Shown piece by piece: positions 28,548 through 39,850 of a stretch of DNA of 64,000 bases. The DNA comes from a virus. The translations under genes were made by a program, and so were the position numbers. Location: positions 1-64,000 of the IMG/VR virus record IMGVR_UViG_3300048694_001042; one strand, given 5' to 3'. Under the pieces are notes generated by a model, which saw only the letters and a list, made by a program, of their open reading frames with translations, did no database searches and was not told the DNA's origin. Each line of letters opens with the position of its first letter. Within the stretch, counting starts at the first letter, position 1.

Positions 28548-29263
28548 TGTATAATCCAAAATTCAATTACCAACCTGTGCCCAGAGTAACCATCGAGGGC
28601 AAACGTTTTTACGCCACTCCTGATGGAAACAAATTACCTAGTGTAACCACAATTCTAGACAAAACCAAAAGTGAAGAAAGCAAAGCAGCACTGAACCAAT
28701 GGCGAGCAAGAGTAGGCACCGAGCGAGCACAGCAAATTACCACAGAAGCAGCCAATCGAGGCACAAGGATGCACACGTACTTGGAAAAGTACATCAAAGA
28801 AGGCGCCATCCCTCCACGTGGAAGCAATCCTTTCTCATGGCCCAGTCATATTATGGCTGAAGAAGTTGTTAAAAAAGGCTTGGTCAATGTAAGCGAGTTT
28901 TGGGGTATTGAAGTCCCACTGTATTTCCCCCGAGTATATGCAGGTACTACAGACGGTGCGGGCATACACTTGAACGAAGAATCCATTTTAGATTACAAGC
29001 AAACAAATAAGCCTAAAAAGCGTGAGTGGATTGAAGATTACTTCATGCAACTTGCTGCCTATGCAGAAGCACACAATGAATTGCATGGCACACGAATCAA
29101 AAAAGGCGTAGTTTTGATGTGCGTCAAGCCCGATTTAGACGCCAATCACAATATCATTGGTCAGCCGCAATACCAGGAATTTGTGCTAGAAGGCACAGAA
29201 TTTGAGAAGTATCGCGGACTGTGGTGGAAAAAGGTTGAACAGTATTATCTGCTAAATATGTGA
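28547..29263 (+). CDS. PD-(D/E)xK exonuclease
   Basis: PSVTTIL, RGT.MH, E..L, AGTTD, DYK and QLAAY motifs. Confidence 0.85.
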   Translation: MYNPKFNYQPVPRVTIEGKRFYATPDGNKLPSVTTILDKTKSEESKAALNQWRARVGTERAQQITTEAANRGTRMHTYLEKYIKEGAIPPRGSNPFSWPSHIMAEEVVKKGLVNVSEFWGIEVPLYFPRVYAGTTDGAGIHLNEESILDYKQTNKPKKREWIEDYFMQLAAYAEAHNELHGTRIKKGVVLMCVKPDLDANHNIIGQPQYQEFVLEGTEFEKYRGLWWKKVEQYYLLNM

Positions 29264-29281
29264 TACCTCGAGGATATCACA

Positions 29282-31177
29282 GTGGCAATTTTACAAATTT
29301 CAAGAATAACCAATCGCAAAGGATTAGCCGAAGACCTCCCACAACCATTGGCTGGTGCAGAGCTGGGTTGGGCAACGGACAGTCGTAGATTATTCATTGG
29401 CAACGGAACTGTTGCCGAAGGCGCCCCTGTAGTGGGCAACACAGAAATTCTTACTGAATTTTCTGATTTGCTTTCCTTTGCTAACCAATACACTTACAAC
29501 GGTGTCAGCGCCACTGGATACACAGTACAAACAGGTCCTACTGTAGCTACCCCGGTTTCGCAAAGCATACAAGATAGATTAGATAGCATCGTAATCGCTA
29601 CAGATTTTGGAATCGTTGGCGATGGTGTTACTGATTGTACCGCAGCGATCAACCGTGCAATGTACCAATTGTATTGTGTCAATAATAATCCAGCAATTCG
29701 ACGGGGATTGTTTTTTCCAGCCGGTGCATACCTCATTACAGGAACCTTGTACATTCCTACCTATGCCACACTGATCGGCGAAGGAAATGAAGGCACAACT
29801 ATTTCATTAGTTACACAGACTTGGTTAGGAACAGTTGCCTGGCAGGCTGATACTATTGTGGTTCGCGAAGGCGTTTACTATCTTTCTTCGCAAGCTGTGC
29901 CCCCAAATACCAGTATTGGTGATACAACCTATTGGACTGAAGTACCAGCACCTGAACAGGTTTGGCAAACAGTAGACAGTCAATTCAATACAGGTACCAG
30001 CATTGGCCTAGGATCAGCAGTTGCTCCAACTGGTATCACTATTACAGGAATACAATTTACCACAGACAATCCTGGAATGCAAGGTGCATTGTTGGAAGAT
30101 GCAAGTCATGTGGTATTAGACAGTGTAAGCATTTTAGGACCTCTCACTGAGCAAAATATCACTGACATTGTTATAGACAGTATTGTAGTTGCAGCGGACA
30201 TCAATGCCGGCTACGAATACACAATTGTCACACTAGGCGACACAGATTTTACAGAGATTGGTGCTTCACAAAACGTAATAGGTACAAGATTCACAGCCAC
30301 AGGACCTGGAACAGGAACAGGTACTGCTGAAATCATGTATCCAACCACCACAGCTATTGCCTGGGCCAGTACGCCTGCATTGGTTTGCAGCAATGTAAAC
30401 ATCACAAATTGCAAGTTCGGTGGTTTCTGGACCGGAACAAAAACAGATCAGCAAATCAAAGGCATAGTGATCGGCCAATCAAAATTTGACACACTGTATC
30501 AAGGCATATATCTTGGCGGAGATGCACCAACTGATGGTGGCGCCAGCGGTGTGCGTATGGTTCAAAATACATTTGACAACATTTATTTGCAAGGCATCTC
30601 ACTTGAAAATGTTGAAATGAACGTGTCAGCATACAACACATTTTATGATGTAGGCAACGAATTCAACGGCGTTGATTATCCACAAAGTTCAATCATTGAC
30701 TTTGATGCTGACAACAACGTCAGCATTGGAGACATGTTCCAAAGAACTGCTGATGTTGCAGAAACTTCTGGATTGGCTAGAATCAATCTGCATCGCCGTG
30801 CGAACATTGCCATGGACGGCGCTTATGCTCTGGATCTAGGAACATATCACCGCCAGTCTGGACTTGAAGCAACTCTAGCAGATGGATCCGACGCTGCGGC
30901 ATTGTTTACAGTTGATTCCGCTGTCACTCGAGCATTTGCTGTTGACTATACCATCGTCCGAGACACTGCTGTGGAAACAGGAAAATACACAGTGGTAGCA
31001 GGCACCGACGGAGAGGGCACTGGACTAAACTCAACATACACTGCCCAACTTCAGAACAGTGTCACAAATGTATTCTTTTCTGTTTCTGAATCCGGTGGTG
31101 TGGTATCTCTGCTATATACAGTTGTTCCCAGCGGAACAGACGCCTTACTTTCATACTCTGTAACAAAACTAGCTTGA
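29282..31177 (+). CDS. Tail fibre/spike-like structural protein with pectate-lyase-like beta-helix
   Basis: N-terminal LAGAELGWATD.RRLFIGNG; DFG.VGDGVTD.TAAINRA; FFPAG.Y. Confidence 0.7.
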   Translation: MAILQISRITNRKGLAEDLPQPLAGAELGWATDSRRLFIGNGTVAEGAPVVGNTEILTEFSDLLSFANQYTYNGVSATGYTVQTGPTVATPVSQSIQDRLDSIVIATDFGIVGDGVTDCTAAINRAMYQLYCVNNNPAIRRGLFFPAGAYLITGTLYIPTYATLIGEGNEGTTISLVTQTWLGTVAWQADTIVVREGVYYLSSQAVPPNTSIGDTTYWTEVPAPEQVWQTVDSQFNTGTSIGLGSAVAPTGITITGIQFTTDNPGMQGALLEDASHVVLDSVSILGPLTEQNITDIVIDSIVVAADINAGYEYTIVTLGDTDFTEIGASQNVIGTRFTATGPGTGTGTAEIMYPTTTAIAWASTPALVCSNVNITNCKFGGFWTGTKTDQQIKGIVIGQSKFDTLYQGIYLGGDAPTDGGASGVRMVQNTFDNIYLQGISLENVEMNVSAYNTFYDVGNEFNGVDYPQSSIIDFDADNNVSIGDMFQRTADVAETSGLARINLHRRANIAMDGAYALDLGTYHRQSGLEATLADGSDAAALFTVDSAVTRAFAVDYTIVRDTAVETGKYTVVAGTDGEGTGLNSTYTAQLQNSVTNVFFSVSESGGVVSLLYTVVPSGTDALLSYSVTKLA

Positions 31178-31183
31178 CATTCG

Positions 31184-31609
31184 ATGTGGCATCGACAATT
31201 TTCTGATCGACTGAGTTCGTGGACCGAACTCAGAACAACTTGCGCTCAATTGCCTGTGGATCAAGCACTGGCAAATATCAATCGATGGTGGTTTGACGCC
31301 CCGTGGATTCCTTATCATTTGCACTGGGATGATCAGTTAACTTGGCCCGATCCATGGCAATTGCTAGACGATAATTTATTCTGTCCGCTTGCACGAGGAC
31401 TGGGAATCCTGTATACTATAGCTATACTTGATCGCAGTGACATGCAAAATGCTGTTTTAATCGAGGTTGGAAGTGACAATTTAGTCCAGATTGCTGGGGG
31501 GAAATATATATTGAATTGGGACCCAGATGACATCGTAAATATCAACCTAGACCGATTAAAAATTCGTCACAGCGTCAGTCAAGAGCAAATAAAAAAACAA
31601 ATTAAGTAG
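31184..31609 (+). CDS. Hypothetical phage protein
   Basis: Clean ORF; WPDPWQLL motif. Confidence 0.65.
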   Translation: MWHRQFSDRLSSWTELRTTCAQLPVDQALANINRWWFDAPWIPYHLHWDDQLTWPDPWQLLDDNLFCPLARGLGILYTIAILDRSDMQNAVLIEVGSDNLVQIAGGKYILNWDPDDIVNINLDRLKIRHSVSQEQIKKQIK

Positions 31610-31614
31610 GTAAA

Positions 31615-33936
31615 ATGAAAAATATAACAGTTGTTAAGCGCAGCGGTAGCCGCGAGCCGTTGGCATTGGAAAAATGGCAAGCTCAAATTGCCAAAATATG
31701 TTCGGGTATAGCAGATGTTAGCCAGAGCATGATAGAGATCAGAACACAGTTACATTTTTATGATGGTATAACAACACAAGAAATTGATGGTATTACATTA
31801 CGTGCTATTGTGGATTTGATTGATATTGAATCCAACCCTGATGTTGGACACACCAACTATCAGTACGTGGCAGGAAAACAGCGACTGAGCATGTTGCGTA
31901 AAGATGTATACGGAACATATGATCCTCCACACTTGTTGGATATTGTCAAGCGAAATGTTGCAGTAGGTTTGTACACTCCTGAATTGCTGGAATGGTACTC
32001 AGAAGATGATTGGAATCGAATGAATGAAATCATTGATCATTCAAAAGATGAGCAGTACAGTTATGCCGCAGTGGAGCAGATGATCGAAAAATATTTGGTC
32101 AGAAATAGAGCAACGAAAGAAATTTATGAAACACCTCAAGTTAGATACATGGTTGCTGCTGCGACTGTATTCCACAAAGAAGAGCCTAACTCAGCTCGTT
32201 TACGCTATATCAAAGAATATTATGGCGCGGCTTCGGACGGCCTTTTCACACTGGCTACTCCAGTCCTCGCTGGTCTTGGTACTCCTACTAAGCAGTTTAG
32301 CAGTTGCGTTCTTATCAGGTCAGACGACGATCTGGACTCAATCTTTGCCTCTGGCGAGATGATGGCCAAGTATGCCAGCAAGCGAGCTGGCATTGGCTTG
32401 GAAATTGGACGCTTGCGTCCGCTAGGATCGCCCATACGTGGTGGAGAGATCATGCACACCGGCATGATTCCTTTCTTGAAAAAATGGTTCGGTGATTTAC
32501 GTTCATGTTCACAAGGTGGTATCCGTAATGCAAGTGCGACTGTGTTTTATCCCATCTGGCATCATCAGTTCGATGATCTCATTGTGCTCAAGAACAACCA
32601 AGGTACCGAGGAGACACGGGTACGGCATATGGACTATGGGGTGGTACTGTCGGCTTTCTTTTGGCGTCGATTCAAGAACAAAGAAAATATCACTTTCTTT
32701 GATCCCAACGAGGTGCCGGATCTATACGAGGCATTTTATCGGAACACTAAGTTATTTGAAGATCTATATGTCAAATATGAAGCTAGATCTGACCTCCGGA
32801 AAAAGACTATGTCTGCTGAAGAAGTCTTTGCCTCAGGCATACTTAAGGAACGAACAGACACTGGTCGCATTTATCTAGTGTTCATTGACAATGTGATGAA
32901 TCAAGGTCCATTTGACCCTGAGTATCACACCATTTACCAGAGTAACCTTTGCTGTGAAATTCTCCTCCCTACAAAGCCGTTTAAGCGTCTGGATGACGCT
33001 GATGGGCGCATCGCGCTCTGTACGCTTGGAAGTATTAACTGGGGCGCCTTCCGGAATCCTGAAGACATGCGCCGTGCTTGCAGAATTCTGCAGAGATCCT
33101 TGTGTAATATCCTTGACTACCAAGACTTCCTTTCTATCCAAAGTCAACTATCGAACGATGAGATTCAGCCGCTGGGTATCGGTATTACTAACCTTGCTTA
33201 CTGGCATGCCAAACGGGGTTTCCAATATGGCGACCGGGATGCTTTGGCCGAGGTTAAATCGTGGATGGAGCACCAGGCTTTCTACCTTACCGAAGCAACA
33301 GTTGAACTTGCGAAAGAGCGTGGCCGCTGCAAAGATTCGGACCGCACCTGGTACGGTAAGGGTGTGTTTCCTTGGGAGCGACGAGCCGCCGGGGTCAACG
33401 AACTCACGGACTTTTCACCTGAGTTAAACTGGGAAGGCTTGCGCGGACTGATGCGAGCATGGGGTGTGCGTAATGCCACACTGATGGCCATTGCTCCTGT
33501 AGAGTCAAGCAGTGTTGTGATCAACTCAACCAACGGCATTGAAATGCCCATGAGCTTGATCACTGTAAAAGAAAGCAAAGCTGGTTCACTCACACAAGTG
33601 GTTCCAGAATATCAAAAGCTGAAGAACCGTTATCAACTGATGTGGGCACAAAAAGATTGCGACGGTTATTTGAAGACAGCGGCTGTATTGGCAGCGTATG
33701 TTGACCAATCAATCAGCACAAACACCTTCTACAATCCGGCCCACTTTCCCGACCGCAAGGTTCCCACAACATTGATTGCTCGAAACTTAATGCTGGCTCA
33801 TCACTGGGGATTGAAAACATTCTACTACAGTTTGATCAACAAGCAAGGTAGCAAACAAAAAGACGAAGATGTAGTTGCACCGTTAGAAGTGATTGACTAC
33901 GACATGGAAGAAGATTGTGAATCTTGTAAGCTATGA
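31615..33936 (+). CDS. nrdA: Ribonucleotide reductase class Ia alpha subunit
   Basis: ATP cone VVKRSG; SSCVL; SNLCCEI; C-terminal YY and CESC. Confidence 0.95.
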   Translation: MKNITVVKRSGSREPLALEKWQAQIAKICSGIADVSQSMIEIRTQLHFYDGITTQEIDGITLRAIVDLIDIESNPDVGHTNYQYVAGKQRLSMLRKDVYGTYDPPHLLDIVKRNVAVGLYTPELLEWYSEDDWNRMNEIIDHSKDEQYSYAAVEQMIEKYLVRNRATKEIYETPQVRYMVAAATVFHKEEPNSARLRYIKEYYGAASDGLFTLATPVLAGLGTPTKQFSSCVLIRSDDDLDSIFASGEMMAKYASKRAGIGLEIGRLRPLGSPIRGGEIMHTGMIPFLKKWFGDLRSCSQGGIRNASATVFYPIWHHQFDDLIVLKNNQGTEETRVRHMDYGVVLSAFFWRRFKNKENITFFDPNEVPDLYEAFYRNTKLFEDLYVKYEARSDLRKKTMSAEEVFASGILKERTDTGRIYLVFIDNVMNQGPFDPEYHTIYQSNLCCEILLPTKPFKRLDDADGRIALCTLGSINWGAFRNPEDMRRACRILQRSLCNILDYQDFLSIQSQLSNDEIQPLGIGITNLAYWHAKRGFQYGDRDALAEVKSWMEHQAFYLTEATVELAKERGRCKDSDRTWYGKGVFPWERRAAGVNELTDFSPELNWEGLRGLMRAWGVRNATLMAIAPVESSSVVINSTNGIEMPMSLITVKESKAGSLTQVVPEYQKLKNRYQLMWAQKDCDGYLKTAAVLAAYVDQSISTNTFYNPAHFPDRKVPTTLIARNLMLAHHWGLKTFYYSLINKQGSKQKDEDVVAPLEVIDYDMEEDCESCKL

Positions 33937-34109
33937 TAGCTAACGCACAAGATCTGCCAGAAAAGAAAGCCAGCGTAGAGGTATCGGGCATCAAAGTTGT
34001 TGTTGACAAAAACGATAACTGGGAAACTGTAGGAATGATACTCGTACTTGTATTAGGAGTATACGCAGGAATCAAAGTTATAAACAAAATTTTTAAGGAA
34101 ACTAAATGA
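33933..34109 (+). CDS. Small membrane protein (58 aa)
   Basis: Read by hand; ATGA overlaps at both ends; one TM helix. Confidence 0.55.
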   Translation: MIANAQDLPEKKASVEVSGIKVVVDKNDNWETVGMILVLVLGVYAGIKVINKIFKETK

Positions 34110-35314
34110 AAAAGCGTAATTACACACAGGAACAAGTTCGTAAGTTACAAGGTAGCGTACAAATTGAACACACACTGGCCAAACGTGGAGCATACAAACT
34201 TCGCGAGCTATTGGCCAATGAACCATACATCAACACCTTGGGTGCATACAATGGTCAAATGGCAGTACAACATGCCAAAGCTGGACTCAAAGCAATTTAC
34301 TTGAGCGGTTGGCAAGTGGCAGGTGCAAACAATACCTCAAACCAAACCTATCCCGACCAGTCATTGTATCCAGTTGACTCAGTACCTCGTGTGGTCAAAG
34401 GTATTAACAATGCTTTCCGTCGTGCTGATCAAATTGAAACACTGGAAGGCAATGTCACAACAGATTACTTCCTGCCTATTGTTGCAGATGCCGAAGCAGG
34501 CTTTGGTGGTGCGCTAAACGCTTACGAACTGATGGCAGCAATGATCGAAGCTGGCGCTGCTGGTGTACACTTTGAAGATCAATTGGCGTCGGAAAAGAAA
34601 TGCGGCCACTTGGGCGGCAAAGTTCTTGTACCCACAAGTCAAATGATTCGCACACTGAATGCCGCACGACTGGCCGCGGACGTTGCAGGAGTTGACACAG
34701 TTATCATGGCCCGAACCGATGCAGAAAGTGCAACACTGATTACCAGCGACCACGACCCACTAGACAAGGATTTTATTATCAATGAGCGCACTGAAGAAGG
34801 CTTTTATAAATTTAAGAATGGTATTGATGCTTGTATTAGCAGAGGTCTTGCTTATGCCCCTTACGCTGATCTCCTTTGGTTTGAAACTTCGACTCCTGAT
34901 ATTGCACAAGCTAAGAAGTTTGCTGATGCCATCCACGCTGAGTTTCCTGACCAAATGCTTGCTTACAATTGCAGTCCTAGTTTTAATTGGCGTAAGTTTT
35001 TGAGCGAAGACGAGTGCGAAACGTTCCAGCGTGAACTAGGCGAACTGGGCTACAAGTTCCAGTTCATTACACTTGCCGGCTTCCACTCAGTTAACCTTGC
35101 TACCTTTGAATTGGCCGAAGCGTACCGTCAACGTGGTATGGCTGGCTATTCAGAAATGCAACAACGTGAGTTTGCCGCTCAAGAGCGTGGATTTACCACT
35201 GTCAAGCATCAACGTGAAGTTGGCGTTGGTTACTTTGATGCTATCAGCGAAGCAGTGGGTGCCACAAGCACTGTGGCCAACCGAACAAGTACAGAATCGG
35301 ATCAGTTTCATTGA
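34106..35314 (+). CDS. aceA: Isocitrate lyase
   Basis: [39 protein letters not shown] and KHQREVG. Confidence 0.96.
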   Translation: MKKRNYTQEQVRKLQGSVQIEHTLAKRGAYKLRELLANEPYINTLGAYNGQMAVQHAKAGLKAIYLSGWQVAGANNTSNQTYPDQSLYPVDSVPRVVKGINNAFRRADQIETLEGNVTTDYFLPIVADAEAGFGGALNAYELMAAMIEAGAAGVHFEDQLASEKKCGHLGGKVLVPTSQMIRTLNAARLAADVAGVDTVIMARTDAESATLITSDHDPLDKDFIINERTEEGFYKFKNGIDACISRGLAYAPYADLLWFETSTPDIAQAKKFADAIHAEFPDQMLAYNCSPSFNWRKFLSEDECETFQRELGELGYKFQFITLAGFHSVNLATFELAEAYRQRGMAGYSEMQQREFAAQERGFTTVKHQREVGVGYFDAISEAVGATSTVANRTSTESDQFH

Positions 35315-35508
35315 ACTCACTGGAACGTATCTGGGCCAGAGCAACTGGGCATTTGATGGGCGAGACCGATGAGGATCGCCCTGATGTGCCTATACTCACG
35401 CTGAAAGAAGCTCGAATAGCATTGTTTTTCAAAACGTTTTGGGTTATAATACATGTGATAACTTGCTGTTTTATTATTGCCGGCGTTATTAGACATTGGA
35501 ACAATTGA
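35311..35508 (+). CDS. Small membrane protein
   Basis: RIWARA.G..G motif and C-terminal TM helix. Confidence 0.6.
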   Translation: MNSLERIWARATGHLMGETDEDRPDVPILTLKEARIALFFKTFWVIIHVITCCFIIAGVIRHWNN

Positions 35509-35690
35509 TATGATACATATTAGACGCGAAGGCGGGCTCCTTCACAATGGTTTTAATTTTTATTCGTTAACAGACAAAAACAGTTTTGGATTTTTGTTTA
35601 GGTATGGTCCTTACATGCCACAGACGAATTTGGGTTCTAAAGTTTACTGTTTTAGATACAGCAAACAAACAAAAAAATGGATAATCGGAC

Positions 35691-36791
35691 ATGTCGCAAG
35701 CTCAATATAACTTAAAAACAAAAACAGATTACTTGCAACGCAAGATGTTTCTGGACCCAGCCGGTCCGGTCACTATTCAACGCTTTGAAGAAGTCAAGTA
35801 CAACAAGATTGTGAAGTTTGAACAAGAAGCACGTGGTTTCTTTTGGGTACCAGAAGAAATCTCATTGACCAAAGATGCTCAGGATTTCAAAGACGCCAGC
35901 GAAACTGTGAAACATATTTTCACTAGTAACTTGTTGCGCCAAACAGCATTGGACAGTTTGCAAGGTCGTGGACCCAGTCAAATTTTTACACCTGTGGTGA
36001 GCTTGCCTGAACTGGAAGCCTTGGTCTACAACTGGACCTTTTTTGAAACAAACATCCACAGTCGTAGTTATTCGCACATCATTCGCAACATCTACAACGT
36101 GCCCAAGGATGTGTTTAATACCATTCACGACACTGAAGAAATTGTGAACATGGCTTCAAGTGTGGGCCGGTATTATGATCACTTGCACATGGTCAACTGT
36201 GAAAAAGAACTAGAAGTTCCTGTTAAAGAACAACCACATGTCAAAGCCATTTGGCTGGCACTGAATGCCAGTTATGCACTGGAAGCGTTCCGCTTCATGG
36301 TTAGCTTTGCCACAAGCCTGGCCATGGTCGAAAACAAGATCTTCATTGGCAACGGCAACATCATCAGTTTGATTCTGCAAGATGAAATCCTGCACAAAGA
36401 ATGGACTGCTTGGATTATCAACCAAGTGGTCAAAGAAGATCCACGTTTTGCCGCTGCCAAGGCAGAATGCGAAGCAGAAGTCTATGCCATGTACATGGAC
36501 GTTATTAGAGAAGAAAAAGCATGGGCAGATTACCTGTTCAAGTTCGGTCCTGTTATTGGATTGAATGCCGCTATCCTGCGAGACTTTGTGGACTATACTG
36601 CGGCCGCTGCGCTCAAGGAAATTGGTATCAAGTATCAAAGCCCTGCACCCAAGAGCACGCCCATTCCTTGGTTCAACAAACATGTGGATACACACAAGAA
36701 ACAAACAGCACTGCAAGAAAATGAAAGCACCAACTATGTGATTGGTGTTCTTGACGGCAAAGTGGATTACGATTCATTACCAGATTTATAA
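35691..36791 (+). CDS. nrdB: Ribonucleotide reductase class Ia beta subunit
   Basis: FW.PEE, LDS, E..HSRSY, LE..RF and DE.LH ligands with radical Tyr. Confidence 0.95.
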   Translation: MSQAQYNLKTKTDYLQRKMFLDPAGPVTIQRFEEVKYNKIVKFEQEARGFFWVPEEISLTKDAQDFKDASETVKHIFTSNLLRQTALDSLQGRGPSQIFTPVVSLPELEALVYNWTFFETNIHSRSYSHIIRNIYNVPKDVFNTIHDTEEIVNMASSVGRYYDHLHMVNCEKELEVPVKEQPHVKAIWLALNASYALEAFRFMVSFATSLAMVENKIFIGNGNIISLILQDEILHKEWTAWIINQVVKEDPRFAAAKAECEAEVYAMYMDVIREEKAWADYLFKFGPVIGLNAAILRDFVDYTAAAALKEIGIKYQSPAPKSTPIPWFNKHVDTHKKQTALQENESTNYVIGVLDGKVDYDSLPDL

Positions 36792-36801
36792 GGAGAATAA
36801 A

Positions 36802-37035
36802 ATGAAAGCAACAGTATGGAGTAAAAATGGATGCGGATTTTGCTCACAGGCAAAAGCACTGCTGGAAAGCAAGGGCATCGAATACGAAGAGCGAAATATT
36901 ACCAACAGCAACTGGACCCGAGATGATTTGCTAACTGCGGTACCCACTGCCAAAACTCTGCCACAGATTTTTCTTGGCGAAGAATACATCGGTGGTTACA
37001 CTGAATTGAGAAAAAAATTAACAGAAAGTGCATGA
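36802..37035 (+). CDS. Glutaredoxin
   Basis: CGFC, TLPQIF and IGGY; AGGAG RBS before ATG 36802. Confidence 0.9.
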   Translation: MKATVWSKNGCGFCSQAKALLESKGIEYEERNITNSNWTRDDLLTAVPTAKTLPQIFLGEEYIGGYTELRKKLTESA

Positions 37036-37337
37036 TGACATTAGAAGTAGGAAAAGTATATACATTTAAGATGAACTCTGGCGAGGAAATGATTGCCAAG
37101 TATCACAGCGAGGTAGTAGGAAACTATATTGCAGTCACTGATCCAGTGAGCGTGGCGCCTGGGCCAAAAGGCATGGGCCTGGTACCCAGCTTGTTTACTG
37201 GAAACCCCGATCAAAGTGTCACTATAAATACTAACTGTATTGCTATGTATGTGGAAACTGACGATGCTGTCAGGGGCAAATATACAGAAGCAACCACTGG
37301 TATTCAAGTGCCAGACAAAAAAATTATAATGGGATAA
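37032..37337 (+). CDS. Hypothetical Sm-like-fold phage protein
   Basis: K..SGEE.IA start and Y.EATTGI end. Confidence 0.55.
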   Translation: MMTLEVGKVYTFKMNSGEEMIAKYHSEVVGNYIAVTDPVSVAPGPKGMGLVPSLFTGNPDQSVTINTNCIAMYVETDDAVRGKYTEATTGIQVPDKKIIMG

Positions 37338-37338
37338 C

Positions 37339-37623
37339 ATGCCACCAGTGCAACGACAAGGCGATCCAAACACAGCAGGGGGAACAAACACCAGTGGTGT
37401 GAGTTCGGTGCGAGTGAACGGAAAGCCTATTGTTGTTGATGGCACAGTGGTCAGTAGCCATGCACCCTGGGGAAGACCTCATCCGCCGCATGAAGCTGCT
37501 ACCACAACAGGCGGCGTGGGCTCTGTGCGTGCAGGCAATATTCCGGTCAATGTTGATGGCAATGCTGACACATGTGGTCACACTAGAACCGCAGGTTCGG
37601 GCGATGTAAGGGCAGGCGGATAA
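37339..37623 (+). CDS. PAAR-like spike tip protein (gp5.4-like)
   Basis: R.GD, V.VNGKP, His cluster, CGH...GS.DV; TATAAATA upstream at 37223. Confidence 0.85.
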   Translation: MPPVQRQGDPNTAGGTNTSGVSSVRVNGKPIVVDGTVVSSHAPWGRPHPPHEAATTTGGVGSVRAGNIPVNVDGNADTCGHTRTAGSGDVRAGG

Positions 37624-39590
37624 TGGGTTTGCTTACTCCACTGCAACTTACTGCGGCTTCGGCATTATTGGATAATTCTGGCATTGCGTTAAATTCAGAA
37701 TGGCAAGATCAATTGCAGGCTTATCAATCTACAGAGTTGATTGCCAACTGGCAAAACGCTGTGAATTATTATAATTCTCGCAGTTGGAAAACCGACAACA
37801 CTCTGGCTTTGTTATTGAGAATGGGCGCTTCAATTTTCCCGGCGCTGGGCAATAGCATTCCAACTGGTGCACCAACACCACGACCCATTGAAGGTCCAGT
37901 AACAACAGGATTTGTGGGCCTGATTGAAAATACTGGAAATTTATACCTAGGAGACGGTAACGTAGGTAAATTTGCTCTTTCCTTCATGGCAGCACAAGGG
38001 TATATCAGTTCAACCAATGTGTTTATCAACAGCGCAGTAAATGCACAGACCTATCTAGGTCCAACATTTACCAACATGAGCAATCTAACAACCAACAATA
38101 TCAGTGCATTGAATTCAAATCTAACTGGGTTTGGGGTGGACCTTGGCAATCAAGGCCAGCTTACTGACATGCAAAACCTCAACAACTATGGCACACCTGC
38201 AGCACTGTTGAAACAAATTTCCAAAGTAGCTGGCTTACAAGGCGGCACATTGAAAATAATTGAAGTTGCGTTAATAGCTGTTGGACTAACCAAGGCCAAC
38301 ATACTAACATTGATCTCAGGGTCTAGAGACGCCAATCCCACACAGTTTGATCAATACCAACGATTGGCTTATACTGGCATGACCAATGTTGTTGGTGCTG
38401 ACCTCCAGCAAGTGTTGAGTATTTTAGATGTTACAACTCCCAACATCGCAACACTAGCAGACTTATTGGATCAGAAAAAAATATTTCCTAACAGTTGGTC
38501 TACACTTACAACTCCCACTGTTAACGGACCCGTGCCGGTTTATCAAGACAACGGCAGTACTAATTTTGCACTGGCCACAGAAGTAGCTGCATATTTGCCT
38601 ACAGCCAGTGGTTGCGAAGAGCTTGGAAAAATAATTCCTCCCGGACAAGCTGTGGCAAATAAATCTGTCCAAGTCGGACTGCAACAAATCACTGGTATTG
38701 CGTCAACTACCTTGCCCAAGCTTGCACAAACAGTTTTGGGACAATGCAAAAACGTATGGTCAGTTAATAAAATTTATCTAGCCGATAGCTGTGTGGCCAA
38801 TGGCCAACCCATACCCACTTATTATCGAGCACAGCAAGATGTTCCTGCTGGCATTGATATCAACAACACTGATTATTGGTTGCCCACATCGTTGGGTGGC
38901 ATCAGTACCATGGCAGGATTACCAGACATTCAAGCACAAACTACAGCGTTGCCTGCTGAAGTTGTTGCATACTATGATACTCTTGCTACAGGTACTGGAC
39001 CCAACGGAACATTGACCACATGCGATTTATTTGGCACTGCTGCTGGCAGCGGATACATTGAAAAATTAGCTACAGTTACAGGAATAATCAATTCTTTGAA
39101 TTCAATAGGTGAACTAAACACATTGAAAAATGTTTACATTAACATGTTGTCAGCAACCAACGATTCTCAAATGTTAAGCTACATCAGTGCTGCCAATACT
39201 AACATTCTTTCTATTAGTACAAATTATCCAGAAGCTGCCGGAATAGCAAATACTGCATGGATGTGGATGGCTACAAAACTTGCTACAGAAAAAAACAATC
39301 AAACCAAAGCTGGCATTGACTACGATAATTTGCCAGACAACAATCAAACCAGTGTTTATGGATTTGTGCAAAATCTACCGCAGTACGGACTTCAAGTTGA
39401 TGCTTGCGGTGCAGGTGATTTCCTGGATCAGGTCGCTGACCTTTCTGTAATCGGTGGGCAAGCGATTGTTGGAACCATGCGCGAAGCCAGAAACAATCAA
39501 CGCCTTGGCGCCGCACAATTGGCGCAAAATACCACACCTTCCACAGGTTTTGCAGTAACGCCTGCGCCTGCAGTTGTTCCTGTAAACTAA
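37623..39590 (+). CDS. Probable baseplate/tail structural protein
   Basis: Coupled to PAAR gene; Asn/Thr/Gly-rich 655 aa. Confidence 0.55.
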   Translation: MGLLTPLQLTAASALLDNSGIALNSEWQDQLQAYQSTELIANWQNAVNYYNSRSWKTDNTLALLLRMGASIFPALGNSIPTGAPTPRPIEGPVTTGFVGLIENTGNLYLGDGNVGKFALSFMAAQGYISSTNVFINSAVNAQTYLGPTFTNMSNLTTNNISALNSNLTGFGVDLGNQGQLTDMQNLNNYGTPAALLKQISKVAGLQGGTLKIIEVALIAVGLTKANILTLISGSRDANPTQFDQYQRLAYTGMTNVVGADLQQVLSILDVTTPNIATLADLLDQKKIFPNSWSTLTTPTVNGPVPVYQDNGSTNFALATEVAAYLPTASGCEELGKIIPPGQAVANKSVQVGLQQITGIASTTLPKLAQTVLGQCKNVWSVNKIYLADSCVANGQPIPTYYRAQQDVPAGIDINNTDYWLPTSLGGISTMAGLPDIQAQTTALPAEVVAYYDTLATGTGPNGTLTTCDLFGTAAGSGYIEKLATVTGIINSLNSIGELNTLKNVYINMLSATNDSQMLSYISAANTNILSISTNYPEAAGIANTAWMWMATKLATEKNNQTKAGIDYDNLPDNNQTSVYGFVQNLPQYGLQVDACGAGDFLDQVADLSVIGGQAIVGTMREARNNQRLGAAQLAQNTTPSTGFAVTPAPAVVPVN

Positions 39591-39631
39591 AGTATACATT
39601 TTTAGGTTAGTACACACTTACCCGAAAACAG

Positions 39632-39818
39632 TTGACCAAAAATAGCTATTTTGCTATAATAACAACATGAACAACAAAACACCAGTCGAAACGCCCGAAG
39701 ACGAGTACACCACAGGCATGGACATTGCTGACAGTGTCGGGCTCATTGCTTTGTGCGTGTTGATTGTGCTGGCACTGTCAATCTAACGGTTGACCAATAT
39801 TTCCCATTTTGCTATAAT
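39632..39818 (+). promoter_or_regulatory. Two further copies of the TTGACC-17-TATAAT early promoter repeat
   Basis: 39632-39660 and 39790-39818. Confidence 0.85.
39667..39786 (+). CDS. Small leaderless membrane-anchored protein (39 aa)
   Basis: Read by hand; ATG 6 nt after TATAAT; stop abuts the next promoter. Confidence 0.55.
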   Translation: MNNKTPVETPEDEYTTGMDIADSVGLIALCVLIVLALSI

Positions 39819-39850
39819 TGAAACATAGCGTAACAAAACAGGAGTTTGAG

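Noticed and set aside
28547-29263. Cas4/CRISPR association of the PD-(D/E)xK nuclease
   Set aside because: No Fe-S cysteine set, no cas genes and no array nearby; typical phage exonuclease.
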